Source: a virus
Taxonomy: Duplodnaviria; Caudoviricetes
Length of the DNA stretch: 41,801 bases
Direction: 5' to 3' (one strand)
IMG/VR virus record: IMGVR_UViG_3300048861_000280
Coordinates: 1-41,801 of that record
Part shown: positions 28,601 to 37,072 of the stretch, in pieces
How positions within the stretch are numbered: position 1 is the first letter of the stretch
Layout of the letters: the number at the start of each line of letters is the position of its first letter
Made by a program: the position numbers and the translations under genes
Notes under the pieces: generated by a model
The model's input: only the letters and a program-made list of their open reading frames with translations
Database searches by the model: none
What the model was told of the DNA's origin: nothing

Positions 28601-29413
28601 AAGCGCCTACGTGACCTGGGTCTCGACAACGAGATGTATGGTCGGGTGCAGACAATGCTCCGCGATCCCAACGCTGTGCAGATGAACGGGTCCCGTGTTG
28701 CTGGTCTCAAGCTGGACAACTGGTCGGACAAGGAAGCCGCAGAAGCTTTCCGCCGTGCGGTCTACCGTAAGGCCACCGAAATCATCCAGCAGAACCACCT
28801 GGGCAACTCGATCATGTGGATGGGTCACCCCGTCGCCAAGTCGCTGACGCAGTTCCGCACCTTCATGGCTGCATCCTACGTCAAGCAGACGATCAAGGCG
28901 TTGCACCTCCGTGACCCTGAGGCCGTGATCAATGCCGGAATGGCCATGTTCATTGGCGCTATGGTCTACGAGGTTCAAACCCGTGAGCAGGCGTTGGGCC
29001 GGTCGGACAAGGACAAGTTCCTGCAGGACCGTCTGGCCTGGGATAAGGTGGTCGGTGGCGGCATTGCGAAAGCAGGCGTCTCCTCGATCCTACCGATGCT
29101 GGTTGACAGCACCCTGCCGATGGCTGGCTTCAAGCCCGAGTTCTCGTATTCCCGTACGACCGGGCAGACCTCGGACATCCTGACCGGTAACCCTACCGCT
29201 GGCCTGATCGACGACATCACCGGGGCCGTTAGCGCCAGCCGTGGTCTCATCCATGGTGACCTCTCGCAGCCGGAAGCCCGTGCAATGATCAAGCTCGTCC
29301 CGTTCAGCAACGCCTTCGGTGTCATGCAGACGTGGAACGGCGCACTCTCTGGTCTCCAGCAGCGCACACCGCAGGACCGTAAGAAGAACGTGGGTCTCTT
29401 CGGTTCCAACTAA
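25628..29413 (+). CDS. Internal virion protein D (gp16-like) with N-terminal lysozyme-like domain
   Basis: 1261 aa. N-terminal IKGYEGY...WDVNHYRAGYGSDT, ALTSTTYNYG, RRASEA resemble a GH24 lysozyme. C-terminal QFRTF motif. Confidence 0.85.
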   Translation: MTDAISVIKGYEGYIDHAKWDVNHYRAGYGSDTTTLADGSVHAITADSVVTHEDSERDLARRAQDFEHTAANQVGQDKWAALPGNVRAALTSTTYNYGSLPHDVVSAAQTGDINAIASAVKGRGDDNGGINRGRRASEADLILGGPQSAADNAPYTPQVSPATQYTADTEVAVPVNQAVAGQPLQDAPEAPTIWQTEKDAFNQNSTLAMLLNANPYKADPNWVKPDEAKLGADLQAANLDPERYAKFLGGSTSQNGYLKAIEDAQADRDRLARLSQAGFTGTALDFVNQALDPVNVATDLAVSAVAPEFTLAKYGVRVGRVLSAALAGGASGLATSAINYSVNPNATKADLLMGTVIGAGLGGVVGSFARNPALAQEARGLQQVGQKVIAYHEGVPYVAPKSSSVGAAQAPATPSLLPDDNPLQALTHDDTARSAAANMRVDLRAMVDKSLNPAARKTASGMLDEGGGVIGPSINGRTADADQAALQQEFSATFNRTFAPQKKAFMANGGTDREFNDQVFKYIEDTRLDKGDFYSKDVKLAGDNTARVFRKLLDLQKNPLEREGGVARPVQGAADTPHNENYITHEWHNGKVHLADNYFEDGTMHNLIKGGMRRSNPTMAEPDLDRISAAFLKSIKERGAGVNRKDFLARVSGNNMEDAIQSLVDTGSLGQAEADNFIKNYAADTAKAGSDAGNAKPFKTRSLIDVNYVLPYRPRVRKTGELHDADLSVRDFLNTNTEYLAQKYIRRSTGNIALARMKLAVSDTVDKETGEVLGKGETILDGITSDAEWKKHLDDVARAGADAGQTPAQIASDAKRLQYAYDMIKGTKTYEFNNTNTGWALRMIRKYNFTRMMNQVGLAQLPELGNLVGSVGLKAMIQSLPDMRRIIGEDGVAHLRNGFGDDVEAVFGAGTESWHRTPNEQYDDLLDTVSNGSGHWQDRVNNLLDRGSRITSKISGMEGIDTLSKRWAYKGIIQRFANEANGRGGLMKLSEKRLRDLGLDNEMYGRVQTMLRDPNAVQMNGSRVAGLKLDNWSDKEAAEAFRRAVYRKATEIIQQNHLGNSIMWMGHPVAKSLTQFRTFMAASYVKQTIKALHLRDPEAVINAGMAMFIGAMVYEVQTREQALGRSDKDKFLQDRLAWDKVVGGGIAKAGVSSILPMLVDSTLPMAGFKPEFSYSRTTGQTSDILTGNPTAGLIDDITGAVSASRGLIHGDLSQPEARAMIKLVPFSNAFGVMQTWNGALSGLQQRTPQDRKKNVGLFGSN

Positions 29414-29470
29414 ACGACAACCGGGGTGGGACAATTGCGTCCCATCCCTTACACCCTCGCAAGGAGTTTC

Positions 29471-31018
29471 ATGTCCATCGACATTCTTTCGTATGTCTAC
29501 TACGACAGCAACGGAAGCCAGTTAGACTACACCTTTGATTTCCCGTACCTCGACCGCGATCACGTCAAGGTCTACGTCTCGGGCCAGCCGTTCGGCAACT
29601 TCGTATGGACAGGCACCTACTCGATCCGCTTCAATCAGGCCATCGTTCCCGGCAAGAAGATCAAGATCGCGCGACAGACGCCTGCATCGGAACCGCTGAC
29701 CACCATCGGCAACGGCGCATCCCTTCGTGCAGAAGACCTGAACCGTCAGGCGCTGCAGTCCATGTATGTCGCCCAGGAAGGCGCAGACATCTCGACGTAC
29801 GTCTCCACGTCAACCATCATTGCACCTGAGAGTGACGCCGGTCGCGTTAACCTCGTCATCCCGTCCATAGAAGACCGACGCAACCGTGTCATGGGCTTTG
29901 ACGCTGACGGCGCATTCAAGATTTACACCGACCAAGACATGCCTAAGGGTCCCCAGGGTGACAAAGGTCCGACTGGCGATCAAGGCCCGGTAGGTCCGGT
30001 AGGCCCTCAGGGTATGGCGGGTCCCATTGGTCCGGTAGGTATCCAGGGTCCGCAGGGCATCATCGGCATCGAAGGTCCCCAGGGCAAGCAGGGTCCGATT
30101 GGCCCGGTAGGTCCGCAGGGTATCCAGGGTATCGTTGGTCCCCAGGGTCCTCAGGGTCCGACTGGTCCCGTTGGTCCGTCCTTCGCGCCTGACGCCACCG
30201 GCCACACCGCAGATCGCGCTCTGTACGACGACAGGCCTGCAGGCTTCGCGTTCCTCGATACCGACGTGCAGATCATGTACTTCAAGGCTGACAGTGGTCA
30301 CGCACATTGGTCCGCTGGCGTATCCTTCGGCATTGGTCCGCAGGGCATTCAGGGACCGCAGGGTCCTCAGGGTGTCGTAGGTCCCCAGGGTCCTATCGGC
30401 GTCGTTGGCCCGGTTGGTCCTCTCGGCCCCCAGGGTGTCGTTGGTCCTCAGGGTCCGATCGGCGTTACAGGTCCGCAGGGCATCCAAGGCCCCCGTGGTT
30501 TCGACGGTATCCAGGGTCCGCAGGGTCCTGCCGGTCCTCAGGGCAGCGGCATGAACTTCAAGGGCGTGTGGTCGTCCACGGTGACCTACGTCCTCAAGGA
30601 TGTCGTCTACTGGAACGGCTCGTCCTACTACATGACTTCCTCGACGAACAGCCTGGGTGAAGATCCAAGCACGACGCTCTCCAAGTGGACCCTCGTCGCT
30701 AAGGCTGGCGCTAACGGTTCCACGGGTGCCACTGGTCCCCAGGGTCCGACCGGCCCGACTGGTCCTCAGGGTGCAACGGGCGCTACCGGCGCTACTGGTC
30801 CGCAAGGCCCCGGTGGTCCGCAGGGTCCAGGTGGTCCGCAGGGTCCTCAGGGTCCTGGTGGCCCTCAAGGTCCCGCTGGTGCATTCCCGGTGGCTGACGG
30901 TATCTATGGTTCCTACCAGCTTGCCAACATCAACAGCATTCCCGCTGGTTGGGCACGTCGAGGCACCATGCTCTCGGCTGACGGCGTCAACTTCGTCCTT
31001 GTCCAAAAGGTAACCTAA
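29471..31018 (+). CDS. Tail fibre with T7 gp17-type N-terminal anchor and collagen-like repeats
   Basis: [30 protein letters not shown] anchor; Gly-X-Y blocks; AAGGAG RBS before ATG 29471. Confidence 0.9.
   Translation: MSIDILSYVYYDSNGSQLDYTFDFPYLDRDHVKVYVSGQPFGNFVWTGTYSIRFNQAIVPGKKIKIARQTPASEPLTTIGNGASLRAEDLNRQALQSMYVAQEGADISTYVSTSTIIAPESDAGRVNLVIPSIEDRRNRVMGFDADGAFKIYTDQDMPKGPQGDKGPTGDQGPVGPVGPQGMAGPIGPVGIQGPQGIIGIEGPQGKQGPIGPVGPQGIQGIVGPQGPQGPTGPVGPSFAPDATGHTADRALYDDRPAGFAFLDTDVQIMYFKADSGHAHWSAGVSFGIGPQGIQGPQGPQGVVGPQGPIGVVGPVGPLGPQGVVGPQGPIGVTGPQGIQGPRGFDGIQGPQGPAGPQGSGMNFKGVWSSTVTYVLKDVVYWNGSSYYMTSSTNSLGEDPSTTLSKWTLVAKAGANGSTGATGPQGPTGPTGPQGATGATGATGPQGPGGPQGPGGPQGPQGPGGPQGPAGAFPVADGIYGSYQLANINSIPAGWARRGTMLSADGVNFVLVQKVT
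29941..30880 (+). repeat. Collagen-like (Gly-Pro-X)n coding repeats, three blocks
   Basis: Repeated GGTCC(G/T/C)CAGGGT units encoding GPQG/GPVG/GIQG. Confidence 0.95.
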
Positions 31019-32365
31019 TTGAACATTCAAGACTTCGTAAACTTCGGGGAGGGGGTTAACGCCCCTTCCGGCGAAGGCGACACGCCTATCCCTTACACCA
31101 AGGCCCAGATCGACGCGACTGTAGCAACGCTCAACGCTGCCATCGCGGCCAAGCAGGGTAACCTTGGGTTCACTCCGGTGCAGCAGGGCGGCGGCACGAG
31201 CCAGACCACCAACAAGATTTACATCGGCTGGTCGACGGCAAGCAAGATGCGCGTCCAGATCGACAACACCGACTTCGACATCAACTGGCCGATCAACATC
31301 AACGGCACAGCGGCCAAGGTTTTCGCTGGTGGCGTAACGACCGGCGCTCAGATGATCTTCAACTGGTCCGGTCAGACAGGGCAGCCTACGTGGATTTGGG
31401 GCGGCAGCGACGGCACCAACATGTTCGTCTACAATCCGTCCAACTTCAACGTCGCCCATGCGGTAAACTCCGACCAGCTTGGTGGCCAGACCCTGGCGCA
31501 GGTTAACGCAGCTATCGCTCTGAAGGCCGACACCACGGCCATGAACACCGCACTGGCACTGAAGGCACCACTGGCCTCCCCGTCCTTCACCGGATCAGTC
31601 ATCTCGACCTCAGGCAACAGCCGGATCGTTGTTCAGCAGGACAATGCCGGTGCTATGGATATCGAGGCTACGCTTTCGACAGACAACACAGTCAAGCACA
31701 TCCTGCATCTCAACCGCTTCGGCGGCGGTGTCACTGTCAACGGTCAGGCTGTCTGGACTGCGGGAACCTTCAACCCCGCGAATTACCTCCCGCTAACCGG
31801 CGGCACCCTGTCGGGCGTCCTTGCGTCTAACAGCGAGTTCCAGACTACAAGTGCCATGGGCTTCCGGGTTAAGGCCTCGACGCGCAGTGCCACATTCTAC
31901 TTCGACAACACCAACGCCTACGTTCTGTTCTCGGATACACCCACGGGTACCTTCAACTCCCTAAGGCCCCTCCGGATCAGCACGGACAACAACTGCTACT
32001 CTGGCGGCTCGTTCATCTCCGCAGGGAATGTCCTGGCCGGTAACGGCTCTGCAAGCTACCAAACCGATGGAAACGTAGCGGGTCCTGTATGGGATCAGTG
32101 GGGCGCACATGACTGCTTCAGCGCCATAGCAAACCGCATCGAGCAGAGATGCCAAGCGTTCATCAATGCCTACGCGATCACTCAGTCCCGTATGGCTGGC
32201 GAGGCTTCGTTCAACAGAAGCAGTGTCACCGGCAAGTGGCAGAACAGCGCGTACGTCTTTACCGCAGTCCAGGGTACGTCCTCGGGCGGTGACGCCACGT
32301 ACTTCTCCCGGCAGCCGCAGCTTCTCATCCCGAACGCTGGCTGGTTCGCCGCCTTCCCGTTCTAA
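31019..32365 (+). CDS. Second (distal) tail fibre / receptor-binding protein
   Basis: Fibre motifs LGFTPVQQGGG, WSGQTGQPTWIWGG, KAPLASPSFTG, YLPLTGGTLSG, YQTDGNVAGPVW. TTG start. Confidence 0.8.
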   Translation: MNIQDFVNFGEGVNAPSGEGDTPIPYTKAQIDATVATLNAAIAAKQGNLGFTPVQQGGGTSQTTNKIYIGWSTASKMRVQIDNTDFDINWPININGTAAKVFAGGVTTGAQMIFNWSGQTGQPTWIWGGSDGTNMFVYNPSNFNVAHAVNSDQLGGQTLAQVNAAIALKADTTAMNTALALKAPLASPSFTGSVISTSGNSRIVVQQDNAGAMDIEATLSTDNTVKHILHLNRFGGGVTVNGQAVWTAGTFNPANYLPLTGGTLSGVLASNSEFQTTSAMGFRVKASTRSATFYFDNTNAYVLFSDTPTGTFNSLRPLRISTDNNCYSGGSFISAGNVLAGNGSASYQTDGNVAGPVWDQWGAHDCFSAIANRIEQRCQAFINAYAITQSRMAGEASFNRSSVTGKWQNSAYVFTAVQGTSSGGDATYFSRQPQLLIPNAGWFAAFPF

Positions 32366-32374
32366 GAGGAACAT

Positions 32375-32932
32375 ATGCACAACTTCGGTAAACTAAAGCC
32401 AGGGAAGATGACCTTCGGGACCGTCGACGTCCTGGCCTTCTTCGACGAGAACGGCGTTGAATGGCACGATCTGTTCAAGGCCTTCCCGGCTGACTTCTAC
32501 GTCGCCCTCGACGACAGGGATCGCGTCGTGAGCTTCCAGATAGACCCAGAGCATTCGCAGATCGGAGACCATACGATCCTTGGCCTGTCCACTGCAGAGG
32601 CCTCTGGTCTCGCGATGGGTGAAGCCTACGGCAAGCAATGGAACGGCACGGCCCTGGTCGACCCTATTCTGACCCGAGACGAATACCCAATCCTACTTCC
32701 GACCACCTTCTGGAAGGCAGCGCGTGAGATCGGCGTCTACAAGGCCGACATCGTCACCCAGATCAACGCAATGCCCGACGAGACTGCGCGTGAGGACGCA
32801 CTGATCGACCTCGAAGAATGCTCCGGCTTCATCCGGCTCAACCCGCTCGTCGTGTCCATGACCGACACCTACAACATCACTCCCGAACAGCTTGATACAC
32901 TTTGGCTATGGGCAGCAAACACACAGGTATAA
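32375..32932 (+). CDS. Putative tail fibre assembly chaperone
   Basis: FFDENGVEWHD N-terminus and F.RLNPLV....ITPEQLDTLW.WAA C-terminus; follows the fibre gene. Confidence 0.65.
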   Translation: MHNFGKLKPGKMTFGTVDVLAFFDENGVEWHDLFKAFPADFYVALDDRDRVVSFQIDPEHSQIGDHTILGLSTAEASGLAMGEAYGKQWNGTALVDPILTRDEYPILLPTTFWKAAREIGVYKADIVTQINAMPDETAREDALIDLEECSGFIRLNPLVVSMTDTYNITPEQLDTLWLWAANTQV

Positions 32933-32937
32933 CCATT

Positions 32938-33126
32938 GTGGAACACAACACCACTGTAGTTGCGACTACTGCAGTCTTGACCCCCTTCTGGTTGCCGAGC
33001 TTGACCTCGGTTTCCCAGGTGGCCGCGACCATTACCCCGATCCTCGGCGTTATCTGGCTAACCATCCAGATCGTCTCCAAGACCGTATCATTCCTAAAGA
33101 AGAGACATGAAAACAAACAGCGATAG
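32938..33126 (+). CDS. Holin-like membrane protein (gp17.5 position)
   Basis: Hydrophobic 62 aa with a basic C-terminus, just before TerS. Confidence 0.6.
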   Translation: MEHNTTVVATTAVLTPFWLPSLTSVSQVAATITPILGVIWLTIQIVSKTVSFLKKRHENKQR

Positions 33127-33376
33127 TCTGGCAGCACTATTCGACAATTTCGCGGACGAGCTGGCTAAGCTCCTCAAAGAAGGCAAGACCGTTGTTGATA
33201 AAGAAGGTGAGATAAAGCAAGTAACCCCTGATGCTGCCACCTTTAACGTCATCCGCCAGTTCCTCAAGGACACCGGTACGACCGTAGCCCCCGGCACGAG
33301 TACCAAGGTCAACTCCATCGTCGACAATCTCCCCTTCGAGGGTGAAGACGACGACGGCGAAACAGCCTACCACTAA
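33107..33376 (+). CDS. terS: Terminase small subunit (gp18-like)
   Basis: AATFNVIRQFLKDTG, LPFE; synteny. Confidence 0.85.
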   Translation: MKTNSDSLAALFDNFADELAKLLKEGKTVVDKEGEIKQVTPDAATFNVIRQFLKDTGTTVAPGTSTKVNSIVDNLPFEGEDDDGETAYH

Positions 33377-33478
33377 TTTCCGTCACACAACGCCGCTCAG
33401 CGCGTTCCAAGTTATGATGATGCATCCTTCATCCTGACCCCTGAAACGCTCTGGGTGGGCTCCCCTGTGGCCTAACGC

Positions 33479-33492
33479 TTGCATAGGTGCAA
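33479..33492. promoter_or_regulatory. Perfect copy of the repeated palindromic operator TTGCA-N4-TGCAA
   Basis: TTGCATAGGTGCAA; related copies at 4021, 4038, 5452, 36368, 37040, 37871, 39401, 40402 and 40420. Confidence 0.65.
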
Positions 33493-33494
33493 CA

Positions 33495-35219
33495 ATCCCA
33501 AACCTGAAGTCCTCGACCGCGCTGACCTCTCAGCAGGCCGATCCCGTTCTAAGCAATTTCAAGAACTTCCTGTTCCTCGTGTGGAAGCAGTTCCTCGACG
33601 GAAAGCTGCCGACCCCGGTTCAGTACGATATCGCAGACTTCCTGCAGCACGGCCCGAAGCGCTCCGTCATTGAGGCCTTCCGTGGCGTTGGTAAATCCTG
33701 GGTCACCTCGGCCTTCGTGGTCTGGTGTCTCCTCCGGAACCCGAACCTGAACATCCTCGTCATCTCCGCGTCGAAGAACCGCTCTGACGACTTCTCGACC
33801 TTCACGATGCGTATCATCCTTGAGATGCCGATGTGCGCCCACCTGATCCCTGGGCCTGACCAGCGGTCCTCCAAGATCGCCTTCGACGTCGGTCCTGCCA
33901 CCGCATCACATGCACCGTCCGTCAAGTCCCTCGGCATCAACTCGCAGATCGCGGGTAGTCGTGCTGACATCCTTATCGCGGACGATATCGAAGTCCCGAA
34001 CAACTCCGACACCCAGATCAAGCGCGACTTGCTTGGCGAGAAGGTCAAGGAGTTTGACGCCGTTCTCAAGCCCGGTGGCCGCATCATCTACCTCGGTACA
34101 CCACAGTCCGAACAGTCGCTCTACAACGTCCTGCCCGAGCGTGGCTACGTCATGCGGGTCTGGCCTGCCAGGTATCCCACGGAACAGCAGTTGGCCAAGT
34201 ATGGTCCTCGGCTGGCCCCGATGGTCACCAAGGCCATGACCGAGGCTGCTGATCGCGGTGTGGACGTCTCTGGTAAGTCTACGGACCCACAGCGGTTCTC
34301 CGACACCGATCTAAGCGAACGAGAGTTGTCCTATGGTCGCTCTGGCTTCGCCCTTCAGTTCATGCTCGACACCAGCCTGTCTGACCAAGACAAGTTCCCG
34401 CTGCGCCTGTCTGACCTCATCGTCATGCCCCTGGATCACAATCGTGCACCACAGGCTCTATCGTGGGCGTCTGGCGCTGAACAGCGGTTGGACCACCTGC
34501 AGGCCGTTGGTCTCCCTGGTGACCGCTACCACCGTCCTATGTGGTGGGATAAGGAAAGCCTGCCCTACGAAGGCTCCGTCATGTTCGTCGACCCATCGGG
34601 TAGGGGCGGTGACGAAACCGTATGGGCTGTGGTTAAGCACCTTCACGGCAACCTCTTCCTCACGGCCATGGGCGTTGCCAGGAACAAGGGCTACGACAAG
34701 ACGGTCCTGCTCGACATCCTATCCTGCGCTCGCAAGCAGAAGGTCAACCTGATCATCGTCGAGCCTAACTTCGGTGACGGCATGTTCGCTCAGCTTCTCC
34801 GGAACGAGAGCATGACCAGCTACAAGGTGACCATTGAGGACAGCGCCTGGGCAAAGAACCAGAAGGAAGTCCGCATCATCGACACACTCGAACCCATCAT
34901 GAACCAGCACAGGCTCATCGTGGACGAGGCTGTTATCGAATGGGACTACACGTCCACAGAGGGCTACGCTAAAGAGGAGCAGACCTACATGCGCCTCATG
35001 TACCAGCTTACCCGTCTCACTGCTCAGCGGGGCTCCCTGGCCCATGATGACCGTGTTGATGCACTGGCTGGCGCTGTCGCTTACTGGGTGGAGTATCTGT
35101 CTCGGAATGACCGTACATCTGCTAAGCAGCTTAAGGAGGATGCCCTCCAGGCTGAGCTTGATAAGTTCCTCGACATCTTCGGTGACGGGGCTCAGGGCTC
35201 TGCCCTTCGCTGGTTCTAA
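33495..35219 (+). CDS. terL: Terminase large subunit (gp19-like); start uncertain and probably non-canonical
   Basis: AFRGVGKSWVT, GSRADILIADDIE, YLGTPQ, DPSGRGGDET, HDDRVDALA. The frame is open from 33438 with the conserved NFKNFLFLVW upstream of the first GTG (33579). Confidence 0.93.
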   Translation: MPNLKSSTALTSQQADPVLSNFKNFLFLVWKQFLDGKLPTPVQYDIADFLQHGPKRSVIEAFRGVGKSWVTSAFVVWCLLRNPNLNILVISASKNRSDDFSTFTMRIILEMPMCAHLIPGPDQRSSKIAFDVGPATASHAPSVKSLGINSQIAGSRADILIADDIEVPNNSDTQIKRDLLGEKVKEFDAVLKPGGRIIYLGTPQSEQSLYNVLPERGYVMRVWPARYPTEQQLAKYGPRLAPMVTKAMTEAADRGVDVSGKSTDPQRFSDTDLSERELSYGRSGFALQFMLDTSLSDQDKFPLRLSDLIVMPLDHNRAPQALSWASGAEQRLDHLQAVGLPGDRYHRPMWWDKESLPYEGSVMFVDPSGRGGDETVWAVVKHLHGNLFLTAMGVARNKGYDKTVLLDILSCARKQKVNLIIVEPNFGDGMFAQLLRNESMTSYKVTIEDSAWAKNQKEVRIIDTLEPIMNQHRLIVDEAVIEWDYTSTEGYAKEEQTYMRLMYQLTRLTAQRGSLAHDDRVDALAGAVAYWVEYLSRNDRTSAKQLKEDALQAELDKFLDIFGDGAQGSALRWF

Positions 35220-35228
35220 CGACACCAT

Positions 35229-35258
35229 AGAGGCCTCTGGTTAACCCCAGGGGCCTCT
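35229..35258 (+). terminator. Stem-loop after TerL
   Basis: AGAGGCCTCTGG-TTAACC-CCAGGGGCCTCT; no long U tail. Confidence 0.5.
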
Positions 35259-35263
35259 CGTTC

Positions 35264-35281
35264 AATTAACACCCCCAATAG
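35264..35281 (+). promoter_or_regulatory. Putative phage RNAP promoter AATTAACACCCCCAATAG (phiOR-like position)
   Basis: Same format as the T3 promoter (AATTAACCCTCACTAAAG); matches 4051 and 13307. Confidence 0.8.
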
Positions 35282-35290
35282 GTAGGGTGC

Positions 35291-35460
35291 CCTATGGTCC
35301 ACTATGGTAACCTAAGGTACACCATGGTCTTACCTAAGTAGGGTAAGGTCCACCATGGTCCCACCTGATAGACATAGGGTAGCCAAGGTGTCCTACGGTG
35401 TAGGGCCTCCCCCATCAGGGAGACCAACTGTATGGTAGACCTAAGCCACCACGGTCACAC
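35291..35460. repeat. Degenerate ~10-bp periodic repeats (C(C/T)ATGGT / CCTAAG), right-end array
   Basis: cctatggtcc actatggtaa cctaaggtac accatggtct ... caccatggtc; analogous to the T7 short repeats near the terminal repeat. Confidence 0.8.
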
Positions 35461-35469
35461 CCGATAAGA

Positions 35470-35652
35470 TCAGGACAGGGCCAGGGCGACCTTGACGATG
35501 ATGGCGATGAAGACCACCACGAAGATCATAGGCCACCAGCCAGCCTTTCCATCCTTAAGACCACCAAAGCCCACATAGCCGACCGCAGCCGTCATGATGA
35601 TTGCCATTGTCACACCGACGAGCGCTACGGCCCAGATCGCGAAGTTCTCCAT
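35470..35652 (-). CDS. Small antisense membrane protein (2 TM)
   Basis: 60 aa, two hydrophobic helices, AGGGG RBS-like sequence upstream. Confidence 0.6.
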   Translation of the reverse strand: MENFAIWAVALVGVTMAIIMTAAVGYVGFGGLKDGKAGWWPMIFVVVFIAIIVKVALALS

Positions 35653-35799
35653 TTGTCTACCCCTGTTTACGTAAGGGGACCTTGGTTATCTGAGGTTGCT
35701 TTGGTCTTCAAATGATTTCGCCACAAAAGTTTTAGGTGGCATCATGAGAATAGCTCGCGCGGTGAACCCCCCGTGGCCCCCTCGACGACCTGCGGGCAC

Positions 35800-36150
35800 C
35801 CTTGAAAACCATGGTGACCGTGGGCCTTTGTCGCATAGATTGTCGCATACCTGCAGAAAAGCCAATGAAATCAATGGTGTCCATAGGATGTTACATCTCA
35901 TGGGCCGGACTATCGGTAGCTTTTGAGGGCTATCGGTGGCGTTTGGGTGGCTATGGTGACCATGGTGCAATATGTTGCAGGCACGTATTTCGTGATCGGT
36001 GTATTGCTAACCAAAGCAGACCATAGCTCACTAACGATCACCGTGGCTGACCATAAGGGTACAGAACGATCACTGTGGCATACCATACATCATGCATATA
36101 GTGAGTTTGCAATATCATTAGCAAGCTACTGTTTCCCTGGTACGCATGGG
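35800..36150. repeat. Degenerate short repeats, left-end array
   Basis: ACCATGGTGACC / CTATGGTGACC / CTATCGGT variants; direct repeat AACGATCAC(C/T)GTGGC at 36033 and 36065. Confidence 0.6.
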
Positions 36151-36499
36151 TGACCGGGGTCGACCGATGGCGATACGCTCGTGACCAAACGCTCACTGCG
36201 TTGCGCATGGTGATTTGCTCGCCCTCTCACGTATGCGCGTGTGTTCCGATACTGGCACAAGAGCGACCTTATCGACAATGTAAGGCAACTATGCGATATC
36301 CGTGCAAGAAATATCGGTGGAGTTTCAAAGACTTGCACGATTATTGGCCTAAGCAAGAAAATAATGCTTGCGAAAGTGTAAGCGATATGAGAGAACCTAA
36401 TCACACCAAACGAGGCGACTGACAAACGCAACGTTCGGTGGGGCCGGTCCAGCGGCTCGGTGACAAAGGCCATCGCGGTTCATTCTTCGATAGCTCTTG

Positions 36500-36520
36500 T
36501 GTTCTTTGAAAACTGAATAG
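36500..36520 (+). promoter_or_regulatory. boxA-like antitermination element
   Basis: TGTTCTTTGAAAACTGAATAG resembles rrn boxA; in the early leader before the first early gene. Confidence 0.7.
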
Positions 36521-36644
36521 CCCCAGCGGAATGTGGGCACGGAAAAACTACCGCATTAGACTACCTAAGGGTTGACCTTAGTAAGAGACCACAGCTTTAG
36601 GGTTGTGTGTCACTTGCCAATGCCAACACATAGGAAACAATCAC

Positions 36645-36926
36645 ATGGGCAAGGCAACTAAGCCTTTCAAAATGCCACATGCTACGCTCCTCTACTTCGC
36701 AAAGAGCGCATATAGCACATACTTCATGAGAGGCAATCGCGGGCCTTTCACGAACAAGACGGTTCACCTTAACCCTGAGGGCAACCGCCGCGAATTGGTG
36801 GCCACGGTCATGCCACGGCACGGCAAGGTAATCATCACCTATCTCGATGACCGGTTGGCCGATGATGGTCAGCGCCTATTCATCACTGCAGAGCTTCCAA
36901 TCCGCAAGGCGTGGTCTTCGCTATGA
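36645..36926 (+). CDS. Early hypothetical protein
   Basis: AGGAAA RBS before ATG 36645 (MGKATKPFK...). Confidence 0.7.
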   Translation: MGKATKPFKMPHATLLYFAKSAYSTYFMRGNRGPFTNKTVHLNPEGNRRELVATVMPRHGKVIITYLDDRLADDGQRLFITAELPIRKAWSSL

Positions 36927-37072
36927 TCGACACCATAGTAACCCTCGCTTGCACCTTGGCTTTCCTAAGCTGCAACCACCGCGCACGGTGAACATATAGG
37001 CTCGTGTGGCCACCTCACGGGCTCAGTATGTCCAACCTCTTGCACTAACGCAAGCTTCTCTCAGGTGAAACG

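Noticed and set aside
29810-31459. 549-aa minus-strand ORF
   Set aside because: Antisense shadow of the collagen-repeat fibre genes. Other long minus ORFs (5469..6461, 18542..19447, 24175..25059) likewise mirror well-supported plus-strand genes.
35291-35460. Repeat array as CRISPR or iterons
   Set aside because: Units are about 10 bp, degenerate and without unique spacers; no cas genes; fits T7-type end repeats.
35696-36473. Several 70-115 aa ORFs in the genome-end region
   Set aside because: No convincing RBS, mutually overlapping, and lying in repeat-rich, probably non-coding DNA.
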